This document shows positions 1-9,649 of a stretch of DNA of 64,000 nucleotides, one piece after another (positions within the stretch are counted from its first letter, which is position 1; each line of letters begins with the position of its first letter). Location of the stretch: positions 594,496 to 658,495 of the forward strand of contig CAVPHS010000001.1 in the NCBI GenBank assembly GCA_963704805.1, in the 5' to 3' direction. Origin of the DNA: an uncultured Gemmatimonadales bacterium. Lineage in GTDB: Bacteria > Gemmatimonadota > Gemmatimonadetes > Gemmatimonadales > GWC2-71-9. The notes under the pieces are model-generated. The model was given only the letters and a program-made list of their open reading frames with translations, had not been told where the DNA came from and searched no databases. Both the position numbers and the translations under genes were made by a program.

Positions 1-1
1 C

Positions 2-2584
2 TCGCTGCTGCTCGGTATCGTGACGGGCGGAATCGCGTTCGTCTTCCTGTACGGCAACCTGCGGTTCGCTCAGCGCGGGGTGGTGCCGAACCCGGTCGTC
101 ATGCAGATGAACGCGCAGATGCCCGCGCTGGACGTGACGCGTCTCGTGCGCCGCCTGGCGCTGCCCAGCGCGCTCGCGCTGGCGCTGTTCATCGGCCTCG
201 CCATGTCGTCCGGTTGGATGCCGGTGCTGCAGTTCCTGCATCAAACGCCTTTTGGCGTGAAGGATCCGGTGTTCGACCGGGACATCGCCTACTATGTCTT
301 CACGCTGCCCATCGTGACCGGCGTGCTCGCGATCTTGACCGTTCTCGTCACGCTGTCGCTGCTCGCCTGCGGCGCGCTGTACACGCTGCGCCGCGACGTC
401 GTGTTCTATCGCCGCACGGTGACGATCGAGCCGTCCGCGCGGTTGCACATGGGGCTGCTCATCGCCGCGATGTTGGTGCTCACCGCGCTGCGGATCTACT
501 TCGTCCGGTTGCCGGGTCTGCTGTACTCGACGACCGGTCCGCTGTCCGGCGCGAGCTTCGCCGATCTGCACGGCAAGCTCATCGGCCTGCGCATCGCAGG
601 GGTGGCCGCGATCCTGGGTGCGGGGCTGGTGCTCGCGGGCTTGCGCAGCAAGCGCCTGGGACGCAACGCGGTGCTCGCGGTCGCGATCTATTTCGGGGTC
701 TCGCTGCTGGCCGTGTTCGCCTATCCCGCCATCGTCCAGAGGCTCGTGGTTGCGCCCAACGAGCTCGCCAAGGAGACGCCGCAGCTGCGCCGCCACATCG
801 ACGCGACGCGCCGGGCCTGGGGGCTCGACAGCGTGCTGGTGCGCGATCTCTCGGGGGAGGCGCGGCTCACCGGGCGCGAGATCCAGGCGAACCGGCCGAC
901 GATCGACAACGTGCGGCTGTGGGACCGCGATCCACTGCTGCAGACCTTCGGCCAGCTCCAGGAGATTCGCACCTACTACGACTTCGTGTCGGTGGATGAC
1001 GATCGCTACGTGATCGACGGGCGCTACCGGCAGGTGATGCTGTCGCCGCGCGAGCTCAATTCGGCGTCGCTGCCGACGCGCACCTACATCAACGAGCGGC
1101 TCACTTTTACCCACGGCATGGGACTGACGCTGGGACCCGTCAATGAGGTGACCGAGGAGGGGCTGCCGGTTCTGTTCATCAAGGATCTGCCGCCCGCCTC
1201 CAGCGTGTCGCTCGCGGTCAAGCGGCCGGAGATCTACTTCGGCGAGCTGACGGACAACTGGGTGTTCGCCAACACGGGACAGCAGGAGTTCGACTATCCC
1301 TCGGGCGACGAGAACATCTTCGGGACCTACAAGGGCAACGGCGGGGTCGTGGTCGGCGGGCTGCTGCGCCGCCTCGTGCTCGCCGCCTATTTCCGCTCGC
1401 TCAAGGTGCTGCTGTCGAGCGACATCACGAGCGCGAGCCGGGCGATGTATATCCGCAACATCCGCGAGCGGGCGCATACGGCGCTGCCGTTTTTGCTCTT
1501 CGACGCCGACCCGTACATGGTGATCGATGGCGCCGGGGGGGGGCGGCTGCGCTGGATCCTCGATGGCTATACTGCGACGAGCCGTTATCCATACTCGCAG
1601 CCGCTGCAGAGCGGCATCAACTACATGCGCAACAGCGTGAAGGTCGTGATCGACGCGTACGACGGCTCCGTCACCGCCTATCAGGCCGACGCCGCCGATC
1701 CGCTGGTGCGCACCTTTGCCAAGATCTTTCCGGGGATCTTCCACCCGCTCGATTCGATGCCGGCCGATCTGCGCGCGCATCTGCGCTATCCCGAGGATCT
1801 GTTTCACGTCCAGACCGAGCTGTACGGCACCTATCACATGGCGGAGCCGGACATTTTCTATCATCGCGAGGACCAGTGGCAGAAGCCGGTGCTCTCGATC
1901 GCGCCGGAGCGGCCCGATCCGTTCCTGCGCCACATGGTGATGCGGCTGCCGGAGGAAAAGCAGGCGGAGTTCATTCTCATGGTGCCGTTCACGCCGCGCG
2001 GCAAGGACAACCTGGCGTCGTGGATGGTGGCGCGGAACGACGGCACGCATTACGGCGAGCTGGTCGTGTATCGCTTCCCCAAGCAGAGCCTCGTGTTCGG
2101 GCCCACGCAGATCGTGAACCGGATCAATCAGGACACGGAGATCGCGCGCCAGCTGGCGTTGTGGGATCAGGGCGGCTCGCAGGTGATCCGCGGCAATCTG
2201 CTGGTGATTCCCATCGAAGAGTCGCTGATCTACGTGATGCCGCTGTATCTGCGGGCGCAGGGGGGCCGTATCCCCGAGCTCAAGCGCGTCGTGGTGGCCT
2301 ATCAGAATCGGGTCGTGATGGAGGAGACGCTGGACGCGGGGTTGACGCAGCTCTTCGGCGGTGCCGGCGCGGCGACGCGCGAGCCGGGGGCCGCGGGGGC
2401 CGCGAATGCCGCTCCGGCGATGAATGCCCGCGCCGCCGATCTCGCGCGCCGCGCCAACGAGTCGTTGCGCCGGGCGGTGGAAGCGCAGCGCGCGGGGGAT
2501 TGGGCGCGCTATGGGCAGGAGCTGCGCCAGCTCGAGGACGTGCTGCGGCAGCTGCAGGCCGCGGTGGAGGAGAGGAAACCTTAG
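2..2584 (+). CDS. UPF0182 family integral membrane protein (5' partial, open to window edge)
   Basis: Frame open from base 2. Multi-TM N-terminal region then a large soluble part with RLWDRDPLLQTFGQLQEIRTYYDFVSVDDDRY, which I recognise as UPF0182-like. Ala/Arg-rich coiled tail. Confidence 0.75.
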   Translation, partial: SLLLGIVTGGIAFVFLYGNLRFAQRGVVPNPVVMQMNAQMPALDVTRLVRRLALPSALALALFIGLAMSSGWMPVLQFLHQTPFGVKDPVFDRDIAYYVFTLPIVTGVLAILTVLVTLSLLACGALYTLRRDVVFYRRTVTIEPSARLHMGLLIAAMLVLTALRIYFVRLPGLLYSTTGPLSGASFADLHGKLIGLRIAGVAAILGAGLVLAGLRSKRLGRNAVLAVAIYFGVSLLAVFAYPAIVQRLVVAPNELAKETPQLRRHIDATRRAWGLDSVLVRDLSGEARLTGREIQANRPTIDNVRLWDRDPLLQTFGQLQEIRTYYDFVSVDDDRYVIDGRYRQVMLSPRELNSASLPTRTYINERLTFTHGMGLTLGPVNEVTEEGLPVLFIKDLPPASSVSLAVKRPEIYFGELTDNWVFANTGQQEFDYPSGDENIFGTYKGNGGVVVGGLLRRLVLAAYFRSLKVLLSSDITSASRAMYIRNIRERAHTALPFLLFDADPYMVIDGAGGGRLRWILDGYTATSRYPYSQPLQSGINYMRNSVKVVIDAYDGSVTAYQADAADPLVRTFAKIFPGIFHPLDSMPADLRAHLRYPEDLFHVQTELYGTYHMAEPDIFYHREDQWQKPVLSIAPERPDPFLRHMVMRLPEEKQAEFILMVPFTPRGKDNLASWMVARNDGTHYGELVVYRFPKQSLVFGPTQIVNRINQDTEIARQLALWDQGGSQVIRGNLLVIPIEESLIYVMPLYLRAQGGRIPELKRVVVAYQNRVVMEETLDAGLTQLFGGAGAATREPGAAGAANAAPAMNARAADLARRANESLRRAVEAQRAGDWARYGQELRQLEDVLRQLQAAVEERKP

Positions 2585-2682
2585 CGCGATCAGGGACGCC
2601 CGTTCAGAATCGCTTGCCACCCTACGTCTGCTCGCAACACGTCTGCTGATCCTGACAGAAGGGTATGTGTCCTCGAGATTCA

Positions 2683-2704
2683 GATACGTGTACATACACG
2701 TATC
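2683..2704. repeat. Inverted repeat GATACGTGT-ACAT-ACACGTATC in an AT-richer intergenic spacer
   Basis: Perfect 9-bp arms with a 4-nt spacer, read directly. Lies between UPF0182 and the AlkD-like gene. Function unknown. Confidence 0.5.
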
Positions 2705-2802
2705 AGCGTTCGTGCGGCTGCAGGTGCTGGTATTAGCGGATTGACGGCGCGTGATTCCGGAGCGGGTTAGCGGGCGGGAGGTGCGGACTGTCTACGACAT
2801 CT

Positions 2803-3507
2803 GTGCGACGTGAGCTGCGCGCGGGCGCGAACCTGCGCCGGGCCGTGTTCGTGAGCCGCTTCTTCAAGACCGGTCCCGGGGAGTATGGCGCGGGGGACCG
2901 GTTCCTCGGGCTCACCGTACCGGCGGTGCGAGGGCTCGCCGCCAAATACCAGGCGCTTGCTTTGCGCGACATTACCGTCCTCCTCAAGTCGCGCTGGCAC
3001 GAGGAGCGGACGCTCGCGTTGTTTCTCCTGGTGCGGCAGTACACGAAAGGCACAGCGGAACGCCGGGCAGCAATCTACCGGCTCTATCTGCGCCATACCG
3101 CGCACATCAACAACTGGGACCTCGTCGACTGCTCGGCCCCGTACATCGTGGGACCGCACCTGGGCACCGGCAAGCGCCGTGTTTTGCGACGGCTTGCCAA
3201 GTCGAAGCTCTTATGGGAACGGCGGATCGCCATCATCGCGACACTTGCCTACATCAAGCGCGGCGACTTTGCCGAGACGCTCTACCTCGCCCGCCTGTTA
3301 CGCCACGACCCGCACGATCTGATTCACAAGGCGGTGGGCTGGATGCTGCGGGAGGTGGGGAAGCGCGATCGCGCTACGCTAGAGGGGTTCCTCGAGCGGC
3401 ATGCGCAGCGGATGCCGAGGACGATGCTGCGGTACGCGATCGAGCGTTTCCCGCCGGCCTTGCGACGACGTTATCTCTCAGCGCGCGCGGACATCGCGGG
3501 CGACTAG
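2803..3507 (+). CDS. DNA alkylation repair protein (AlkD-like HEAT-repeat family)
   Basis: 234 aa. FFKTGPGEYGAGDRFLGLTVP...WERRIAIIATL...HDLIHKAVGWMLRE matches my memory of the DNA_alkylation family. GTG start. Confidence 0.75.
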   Translation: MRRELRAGANLRRAVFVSRFFKTGPGEYGAGDRFLGLTVPAVRGLAAKYQALALRDITVLLKSRWHEERTLALFLLVRQYTKGTAERRAAIYRLYLRHTAHINNWDLVDCSAPYIVGPHLGTGKRRVLRRLAKSKLLWERRIAIIATLAYIKRGDFAETLYLARLLRHDPHDLIHKAVGWMLREVGKRDRATLEGFLERHAQRMPRTMLRYAIERFPPALRRRYLSARADIAGD

Positions 3508-3614
3508 GTAGCGGCAGTCCGTAAGCGGACAAATTCCTTGCACACGCGTTGCACGATCACCGCAGTATTGTTACGTGCGCCACGCATGCTTCGCAGCCCA
3601 AAGCAGAGGACTCC

Positions 3615-4142
3615 ATGAGCTCAATCCCGGTATGGGACGAGAGTGAATCGTGCATCGAAGCGCTGGGCGAGCGTGCCGCGGGCCCCGTCCGCATCGGCGC
3701 GCGCGCACCGGATTTCGCGCTGCCCGTGCACACGGGAGGGTGGCTGCGTCTCTGGGACATGATCGGCAGGAAGGCTGTGGTCCTCTATTTCTATCCCGGC
3801 GACGGCACGCCGGGCTGTATTCGCGAGGCGCGGGCGTTTCGCGACCGCTATGAGCAGTTTGCCGCGGCGGGCAGCGAGGTCGTCGGCGTCAGTAGCGATT
3901 CAGTAAAGTCGCACCGGCAGTTCGCCGACCGGATGCATTTGCCCTTTCCGCTCCTGTCGGATGAAGCCGGGATCGCGCGAGGTATCTACGGAGTCGAGAA
4001 GACGCTGGGCCTCATTCCTGGCCGGGCCACCTTCATCATAGACAAGACGGGGATCGTGCGGCACATCTATGTGTCGCAGTTCGCGCCCGCGCGTCACGTG
4101 GACGAGGCGCTGAACGCGCTACGCAAGCTCTTCCAACCTTAG
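3615..4142 (+). CDS. bcp: Peroxiredoxin, Bcp-type (AhpC/TSA family)
   Basis: YFYPGDGTPGCIRE peroxidatic-Cys context and LPFPLLSDE. ATG at 3615 preceded by GAGGA. The ORF extends upstream to 3549. Confidence 0.8.
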   Translation: MSSIPVWDESESCIEALGERAAGPVRIGARAPDFALPVHTGGWLRLWDMIGRKAVVLYFYPGDGTPGCIREARAFRDRYEQFAAAGSEVVGVSSDSVKSHRQFADRMHLPFPLLSDEAGIARGIYGVEKTLGLIPGRATFIIDKTGIVRHIYVSQFAPARHVDEALNALRKLFQP

Positions 4143-4177
4143 TACTCCTCCTCGCGCTCGCGCAGGGCGCAGACTCG

Positions 4178-5467
4178 GTGCCCGCCGAGCGTGTCGCCGC
4201 GCGCGAGTGGTATCGCGACGCCAAGTTCGGGATGTTCATCCATTGGGGCGTCTATAGCCTGCTCGGCCAGGGCGAGTGGGTGATGCAGAATCGGTCGATT
4301 GCCGAGGCCGATTACGAGTGGCTCGCCGGGACGTTCAATCCCCAAAAATTCGACGCGCGCGCGTGGGCCCTTCTCGCCAAGTCCGCCGGCATGAAATACA
4401 TCACGATCACGGCGCGGCATCACGACGGGTTTTCGATGTTCGCGACGCGCGCGACGCGGTACAACATCGTGGATTGGACGCCGTTCCGGCGCGATCCGCT
4501 GCGCGAGCTGGCGGAGGAGTGCCGGCGGCAGGGGATCAGGCTTTTCTTCTACTATTCGCAGCTCGATTGGCATCATGCCAATTACTTCCCCCGAGGCTCG
4601 ACCGGCCAAGGAGCCGGGAGACAGGAGTCAGGAGACTGGAGTCGGTATCTCGATTTCATGGATACACAGCTCACCGAACTGCTAACGAATTACGGATCGC
4701 TCGGCGGGATTTGGTTCGACGGGATGTGGGATAAGCCGGAGGCTGACTGGCGACTCGGGCAGACTTACGCGCTGATCCATCGGTTGCAGCCGGCGGCGCT
4801 GGTCATTCCCAATCATCACAAGGCGCCGCTCGCGGGCGAGGACGTGCAGACGTTCGAGCAGGATTTGCCGGGGGCGAACACGGCGGGGTTCAACACGCGC
4901 GAGGTGGGCGGGCTGCCGCTCGAGACGTCGCTGACGATGAATGAGTCATGGGGGTTCAATCTCACCGATCACAAGTACAAGTCGCCGCGGGAGCTGATCG
5001 GTTATCTCGTTCGCGCCGCGGGCTATGGCGCGAATCTGCTGCTCAACATCGGCCCGCGCCCCGATGGGACGATTCCGCCCGAGGCGGAGGAGCGGCTGCG
5101 GGCGATCGGCAGCTGGCTGGCGACGTATGGCGGGTCGATCTACGGCACGCGCGCGGGCCCGATCGCGCCGCGGAGCTGGGGGGTGACGACCGAGCGGCCT
5201 CACCCCCCGTCCCCCTCTCCCTCCGGGAGTCCTCACCCCCCGTCCCCCTCTCCCTCCGGGAGAGGGGGAGATACCGTTTTCGTGCATGTGCTGGACTGGA
5301 AGGATCCCACGCTTGCGTTGCCGTCACTCGGCCCAGGGCGATGGACGGCAAGGAGTTGGCCGGATGGAAAGGCTCTGGCGCTGGTGCAGACGGCGGGAGG
5401 GATGATGCTCACGTTACCGCCGGTGACGGAGCAGCCCGACAGAGTGGTCGTTCTCACGCGCCGGTAA
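4178..5467 (+). CDS. Alpha-L-fucosidase (GH29) carrying an in-frame palindromic-element insertion
   Basis: WYRDAKFGMFIHWGVYS, ITARHHDGFSMF and WFDGMW are GH29 hallmarks. The segment PHPPSPSPSGSPHPPSPSPSGRGG is encoded by repeat 5198-5270. Confidence 0.85.
   Translation: MPAERVAAREWYRDAKFGMFIHWGVYSLLGQGEWVMQNRSIAEADYEWLAGTFNPQKFDARAWALLAKSAGMKYITITARHHDGFSMFATRATRYNIVDWTPFRRDPLRELAEECRRQGIRLFFYYSQLDWHHANYFPRGSTGQGAGRQESGDWSRYLDFMDTQLTELLTNYGSLGGIWFDGMWDKPEADWRLGQTYALIHRLQPAALVIPNHHKAPLAGEDVQTFEQDLPGANTAGFNTREVGGLPLETSLTMNESWGFNLTDHKYKSPRELIGYLVRAAGYGANLLLNIGPRPDGTIPPEAEERLRAIGSWLATYGGSIYGTRAGPIAPRSWGVTTERPHPPSPSPSGSPHPPSPSPSGRGGDTVFVHVLDWKDPTLALPSLGPGRWTARSWPDGKALALVQTAGGMMLTLPPVTEQPDRVVVLTRR
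5198..5270. repeat. Family-A palindromic element (CCTCACCCCCC..CCCCCTCTCC..GGAGAGGGGG), left half tandemly duplicated
   Basis: cctcaccccccgtccccctctccctccggga occurs twice in tandem and is then closed by gagaggggg. Lies inside the fucosidase CDS, in frame. Confidence 0.85.
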
Positions 5468-5470
5468 CCG

Positions 5471-5941
5471 TTATCTGGGGTGCTCGCCCCGCAGGCGACG
5501 AATCTCCTCGAGCGCCTCGATATCCGCCGCATCTCGCAACCGACCGGTACGCTTGGTTTCGATCAAGTCATCGAGGGAGATGAGCGGAATCTTCACGCTC
5601 GTCACCGTAACAGTGTCGGAACGAGGCGCCGCTTGCTCGTACTTGATCCTCCCCGCAACCGTGAACACATCGACTCGAGGGTCATCACCGATAATGGTGA
5701 TGGGGCGGCGCAATAGCTCGACCGCCGTCCACTCGCGAGCGAAGCCATAGCCCAGCGTGCTGAGCGCCCGCAGTGTGCGGTCAGCGTTGGCTTCGGTGCG
5801 CTCGATCAAGATGTCGATGTCCTCCGTAGCGCGACCGAGGCCATGAAGGATGCAAGCAACGCCGCCGATCACCAGGTACTTGACCTTCGCCCGATTGAGC
5901 GTGGCACAGACCTGCGTTACACGCGATTGGCTTTCTTCCAC
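5471..5941 (-). CDS. Nucleotidyltransferase-fold protein (possible toxin partner of upstream RHH gene)
   Basis: KYLVIGGVACILHGLGRATEDIDILI is the G-x-motif plus DxD pattern of minimal nucleotidyltransferases. Overlaps the RHH gene by 25 nt. Confidence 0.6.
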   Translation of the reverse strand: MEESQSRVTQVCATLNRAKVKYLVIGGVACILHGLGRATEDIDILIERTEANADRTLRALSTLGYGFAREWTAVELLRRPITIIGDDPRVDVFTVAGRIKYEQAAPRSDTVTVTSVKIPLISLDDLIETKRTGRLRDAADIEALEEIRRLRGEHPR

Positions 5942-6291
5942 TCGTAGAAATCCTCATAGCTGTCGAAGCCAATGATCTGATGACGCTGACCGCGCCGCGG
6001 GCGCCGGCTGCGGGCCAAGCGCGCGACCTCTTCCGAGTGGCGCAATCGCTCCGCTGGGGATTTGGCAAGGTCTCGTTCGAGCTGCTTGCGGCTTGCAAGA
6101 CCGAAGTCGTCGGGTCCGTAGGTTGGGGTGGCCCCTTCCCGGACCGCCGAGGGGGGGGAGGCATTGGCGAGGTATGCGCGCAACGCGTCCACGATCACCC
6201 GGCTCCGAGAGCGGTCCAGGTCTCTGGCGCGCCTATCGAGGCTGGTCAGAACGTCCTTCGGGAGTGTGATAGCAATGCGAGCGTAGGCCAT
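5917..6291 (-). CDS. Ribbon-helix-helix (CopG/Arc-type) protein
   Basis: N-terminus MAYARIAITLPKDVLTSLDRRARDLDRSRSRVIVDALRAYL has a typical RHH beta-strand and helices. Confidence 0.7.
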   Translation of the reverse strand: MAYARIAITLPKDVLTSLDRRARDLDRSRSRVIVDALRAYLANASPPSAVREGATPTYGPDDFGLASRKQLERDLAKSPAERLRHSEEVARLARSRRPRRGQRHQIIGFDSYEDFYEWKKANRV

Positions 6292-6398
6292 GGCATACTC
6301 AGTATTACTGGGTATTACGAATATAAGAAGATCCAGAGCCTAGAGAAAGGGGTGGTGTCCGTGCGCCAAGAGCCTGCCCTGACGGGTTCCCGACCCGC

Positions 6399-8058
6399 TC
6401 ATTTCACCGCAGGCAAAATGAACTGCGGGACGAACACGCGTTGCGAGGTGTACATCACGGGGTCGCTGTAATTGCCGCCCGTAAACACGATGACCAGATC
6501 CAGGTCCGGAATCCCCATGGAGACCTGGCCGCCGTTCCCGCCCGCGAAGAACGCGCGAATCTTCCTGCCGCTCAAGTCGTACGCGACGGAATTCCACAAA
6601 TAGCCGTACTGCTGGTAGGCGTTCAGATCGCGCAGTGGCGCGGTCGCGCGTTGCACCCAATCGTGATTCACGATCTGCTTTCCGTTCCAGCGGCCGTCGT
6701 TCACCATCAGCTGCGCGAGCTTCAGGAAGTCGCGTGAGGTGAACCGGTGCCCGCCGCCACCGTAGGCGTCGCCGTCGCGGAGAATGAGGTGATGAGTGCC
6801 CATGTGGAGCGGGCGGGCGATGAGCCGCTCGAACAGCTCGAGCTGGGACTCGTGCGCGACCTTGGCCAGCATGCCGCCCGCGAGATTCGGCTCGGTGCTG
6901 CAGTAGAAGATCTTCTCGCCTGGCGCCGAGACGAGCGCGGTCTTGAGCGTGTAATCGTACCAGTCCTGAACCCCGCGATCGTCCATGACATCCTCGTTGG
7001 CCGACGTGGTGTCGTTGGCGTCGCAGTTGAAGCCCGCGGTCATCGTCAACAGGTGCTCGAGCGTCATCGCCTGCTTGCGCGGATCGAGACCCGAGGGGAC
7101 TGTGCCGAGCATCGTCTGGTAGACGGGCGTGTCGAGGCGCAGCGGGATTCCGGCCTCGATCGCCGCGCCGATCAGCGTCGCGGTATGGCTTTTCGAGGCT
7201 GAGCGCAGGTCGTGCGGCTGGTCGCGACTCGCGCCGTGGAAGTATTCCTCGAGGACGAGCTTGCCGTGCCGCGCGATCAGCACGCTGTGGACCTCGGGCG
7301 AGCTCAATGAATCCATCGGCATGTCGATGAGCATCTGGACGAAGCGCTCGATCTGCTCGCGCGAGATGCCGACGTCTTCGAGCGTGGCGACGGGCCAGTC
7401 GTCGTCGAACCGTAATGGCGGTGTGTAGTGATAGCGCGCGGGCGGGTTGCCCGCGGGGATAGAAGTCGCTGCTGCTCGTGTCCGTGACTTTGGTGAAGTC
7501 GTACGTCCCGCCGCGCAGCGGCAGGGAGATCACGCCGTCCTCGTAGCGCCCCTCGGCGAGTGTCGTTTCGGGACCGCGCCCGAACATCGATCCCATCAGC
7601 CGCACATCCTTGCCGTTCACCTCGATCCGCGTCGCCCGCGTGAACCAACCAACGTTGCGGTCGGGATTGCGGAGGTAGGTATGCAGGGTTCCATCGGGCT
7701 GGCGCGTGATCGGCAAGAAAAAGGTGAAGCGGCTCTCGAGCGGGACGACGGTGCCACGCCAGCGGTCCTTGCCATCGGGCACGAGCGTGACGGGAGTCGC
7801 GAAACCTTGGGGCTGGATCCAATGGCCGTTCTTGAAAGCGCCCTTGCCGTCGGGCAGCTGGAACGTGAACTCCTGCCCGTTGCGCTTGGCGGGGACGGTG
7901 AAGCCCGCAATGTCGGCGCGGTAACCGTCCGTCGTTTGGCGAATGATCAGGGTGCCGGCGATATCGGGACCGAAGCGGAGCGTGGCGCCCCAGAGGCCGG
8001 TGAGATCGGCGGCGGTCGCCTGGGCGAGCAGCAGAGCTGGGACGAGGAGGAGGGTCAT
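6399..8058 (-). pseudogene. Serine hydrolase (beta-lactamase fold) with N-terminal secreted domain, split by a 1-nt frameshift near 7432-7445
   Basis: The signal peptide and N-domain (MTLLLVPALLLAQA...DFYPRG) are in the 6340..8223 frame. The frame switches within cgcgggcaacccgcccgcgcgctatcac to ..ARYHYTPPLRFDDDWPVATLEDVGIS..SASKSHT (SxxK) in the 6399..7334 frame. Confidence 0.8.
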
Positions 8059-8138
8059 GGGGGGAAGTTGGTCGAGATACCTTGAAGACACCACGATTAC
8101 GGCATGAGTTGGCTCTCTACGGGCGTGAGTTGGCGCGG

Positions 8139-8318
8139 CCAAAAGCAGGTCCTTCGCGCCTGCGAGAGAAGGGTTGTCTTGCCAAAAGCAGGTCCCTCGC
8201 GCCTGCGGCGCTCGGGATGACACGCGCGCTTACGCTTGTGAGGAAGAAGAAGTGTGAGAGAAGGGTTGTTTTGCCAAAAGCAGGTCCCTCGCGCCTGGCG
8301 GCGCTCGGGATGACACGC
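8139..8318. repeat. Family-B intergenic repeats (AAAGCAGGTCCYTCGC..CGCTCGGGATGAC), three tandem copies
   Basis: ccaaaagcaggtcc[c/t]tcgcgcctg occurs at ~8139, 8182 and 8272. Two copies are followed by gcgctcgggatgacacgc. Confidence 0.85.
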
Positions 8319-8365
8319 TCGCGGCCGTTATTGAATAAAAAAAGAGGATATGATGTCCTGCCCCG

Positions 8366-8968
8366 CTAGGGCGCCCTCACCCAGTAGACCGGATGCAGCT
8401 CCCACAGGGCACGAGCTGAGGAGTTGCATCGGCCGTGAGCTCCATCGGTCCGGTCGCGATGAGTGGCGCCGCCGCGGTGCTCGCCGTCGAAGAACGCAGC
8501 ACCAATAAACCTGAGGCGCACGGCCGGCGTCACATCGCCCTGCGCGTTCCAAGACAACAAGTTCCCCAAGTTGGTACGCGCGTCCTGATACTTTGCGCTC
8601 AGCTCTGCCGGCGGAATCTCCACGACGATGCAGGAGTCAGTTGGGCTGTTCTGTCTGGCGGTGAGCTCTACGTGCCAGTCGCCATCGGTCTCACCGGTTT
8701 TTACGCGCCGCACCCAGCCGAGGACTGAGTAGACGCGTAGCTCACGACCTGCACGGTCTGCGCATTTGAATTGTGCCTGGCTGGTAAAAGGGAGCAGCGC
8801 CCAAGTCCGCAACATCGCTCCGACAGATGTTTGCACGGCGGTGACCGACGCGAGCGACTCGTCGGTTTTTTCGGTCCAGCGGTAATGGGGCTCGGTGCAC
8901 GTCTGCGCCGAGGATTGAGTAGCGGCGAGAACCAACGCTGCGGCTAGAAGCGTGACGGTGGCGCGCAT
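8366..8968 (-). CDS. Hypothetical secreted protein
   Basis: Start at MRATVTLLAAALVLAATQSSAQ (signal peptide). No domain recognised. Confidence 0.55.
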   Translation of the reverse strand: MRATVTLLAAALVLAATQSSAQTCTEPHYRWTEKTDESLASVTAVQTSVGAMLRTWALLPFTSQAQFKCADRAGRELRVYSVLGWVRRVKTGETDGDWHVELTARQNSPTDSCIVVEIPPAELSAKYQDARTNLGNLLSWNAQGDVTPAVRLRFIGAAFFDGEHRGGATHRDRTDGAHGRCNSSARALWELHPVYWVRAP

Positions 8969-9024
8969 GATCGGTCCCATCCTCTCGCCGGTCGAATCTG
9001 CGCCGCAACCTGGCAATGGTTAGG

Positions 9025-9095
9025 GCGTTTTTGCGGCACGAAGGGGCCTTTTTGCGGCAGGTCCCTCGCGCCTGCGGTGCTCTGGATGAACGCCT
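9025..9095. repeat. Family-B repeat copy
   Basis: tttgcggcaggtccctcgcgcctgcggtgctctggatgaacgc, preceded by a degenerate half copy. Confidence 0.7.
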
Positions 9096-9171
9096 CGCGC
9101 TGGTTCGCTGAAAGAGAAGGGAGGAAGAGGGTGATGAACGCCCGTTGACACCGCCGGAGTACCATCGCGCC

Positions 9172-9366
9172 ATGAAGAACGTTGCCGAGCGAGTCGAGGA
9201 CGCCATGAGGGAGGTGGGCACGCTTGTCATCGCGTTCGCGCCGCTCGATGCTGCATTCGCAGAGGGGGCCGAACGAGCCGGTCTTCTCTTGCTCTTCGCG
9301 ATCTACGGAGTACTGTTATTCGTGGGATCGTTGTGGCTTGAGAGGAGACGCTCACGTGACATTTGA
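9172..9366 (+). CDS. Small 2-TM membrane protein (module gene 1)
   Basis: MKNVAERVEDAMREVGTLVIAFAPLD...LLLLFAIYGVLLFVGSLWLERRR. Homologous by eye to 37656..37865. Confidence 0.5.
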   Translation: MKNVAERVEDAMREVGTLVIAFAPLDAAFAEGAERAGLLLLFAIYGVLLFVGSLWLERRRSRDI

Positions 9367-9484
9367 TCTTGCGTTGATCTATGGTGCTGCCCTGGGACTC
9401 TTGGCGCTGATCGGAATCCTGGTTGCGTTGCGTGAGATTCGGCGCGACGAGGCCCGCCGCCGTGCTGCGAAAGACCAGCCATAG
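9356..9484 (+). CDS. Small 1-TM peptide with basic tail (module gene 2)
   Basis: GTG preceded by GAGGAGA. VTFDLALIYGAALGLLALIGILVALREIRRDEARRRAAKDQP. Overlaps the gene 1 stop by 11 nt. Confidence 0.45.
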   Translation: MTFDLALIYGAALGLLALIGILVALREIRRDEARRRAAKDQP

Positions 9485-9497
9485 GGGGCGCGGGCTC

Positions 9498-9606
9498 GAA
9501 CAGCAGGTCCGTCGCTGCGCGCGCGTTCCGCGCGCTTCGCTCAGGATGACAGGTCGCGGTGTCTTCCAAAGCAGGTCCCTCGCGCCTGCGGCGCTCGGGA
9601 TGACAG
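9498..9606. repeat. Family-B repeats, two copies
   Basis: cagcaggtccgtcgc..cgctcaggatgacagg and caaagcaggtccctcgcgcctgcggcgctcgggatgacagg. Confidence 0.8.
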
Positions 9607-9649
9607 GCTTCGCGGCGGTTTCTTGAATAAAGAGAAAGACGGGGGTCCC

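Noticed and set aside
214-2649. Long alternative-frame ORFs (214..999, 618..1013, 1876..2649) inside the UPF0182 gene
   Set aside because: Arg/Ala/Gly-rich, low-complexity translations typical of off-frame ORFs in high-GC DNA. They overlap a clearly homologous CDS.
6340-8223. 627-aa ORF taken as a single protein
   Set aside because: Only its N-terminal ~210 residues (from M at 8058) look real. Downstream it is an Arg-rich off-frame read-through of the serine hydrolase, whose true frame is 6399..7334.
8139-9606. Possible CRISPR array, because of closely spaced repeats
   Set aside because: The repeats are imperfect, irregularly spaced and partly inverted, they recur genome-wide at gene boundaries, and no cas genes are present. 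They are REP/MITE-like, not CRISPR.
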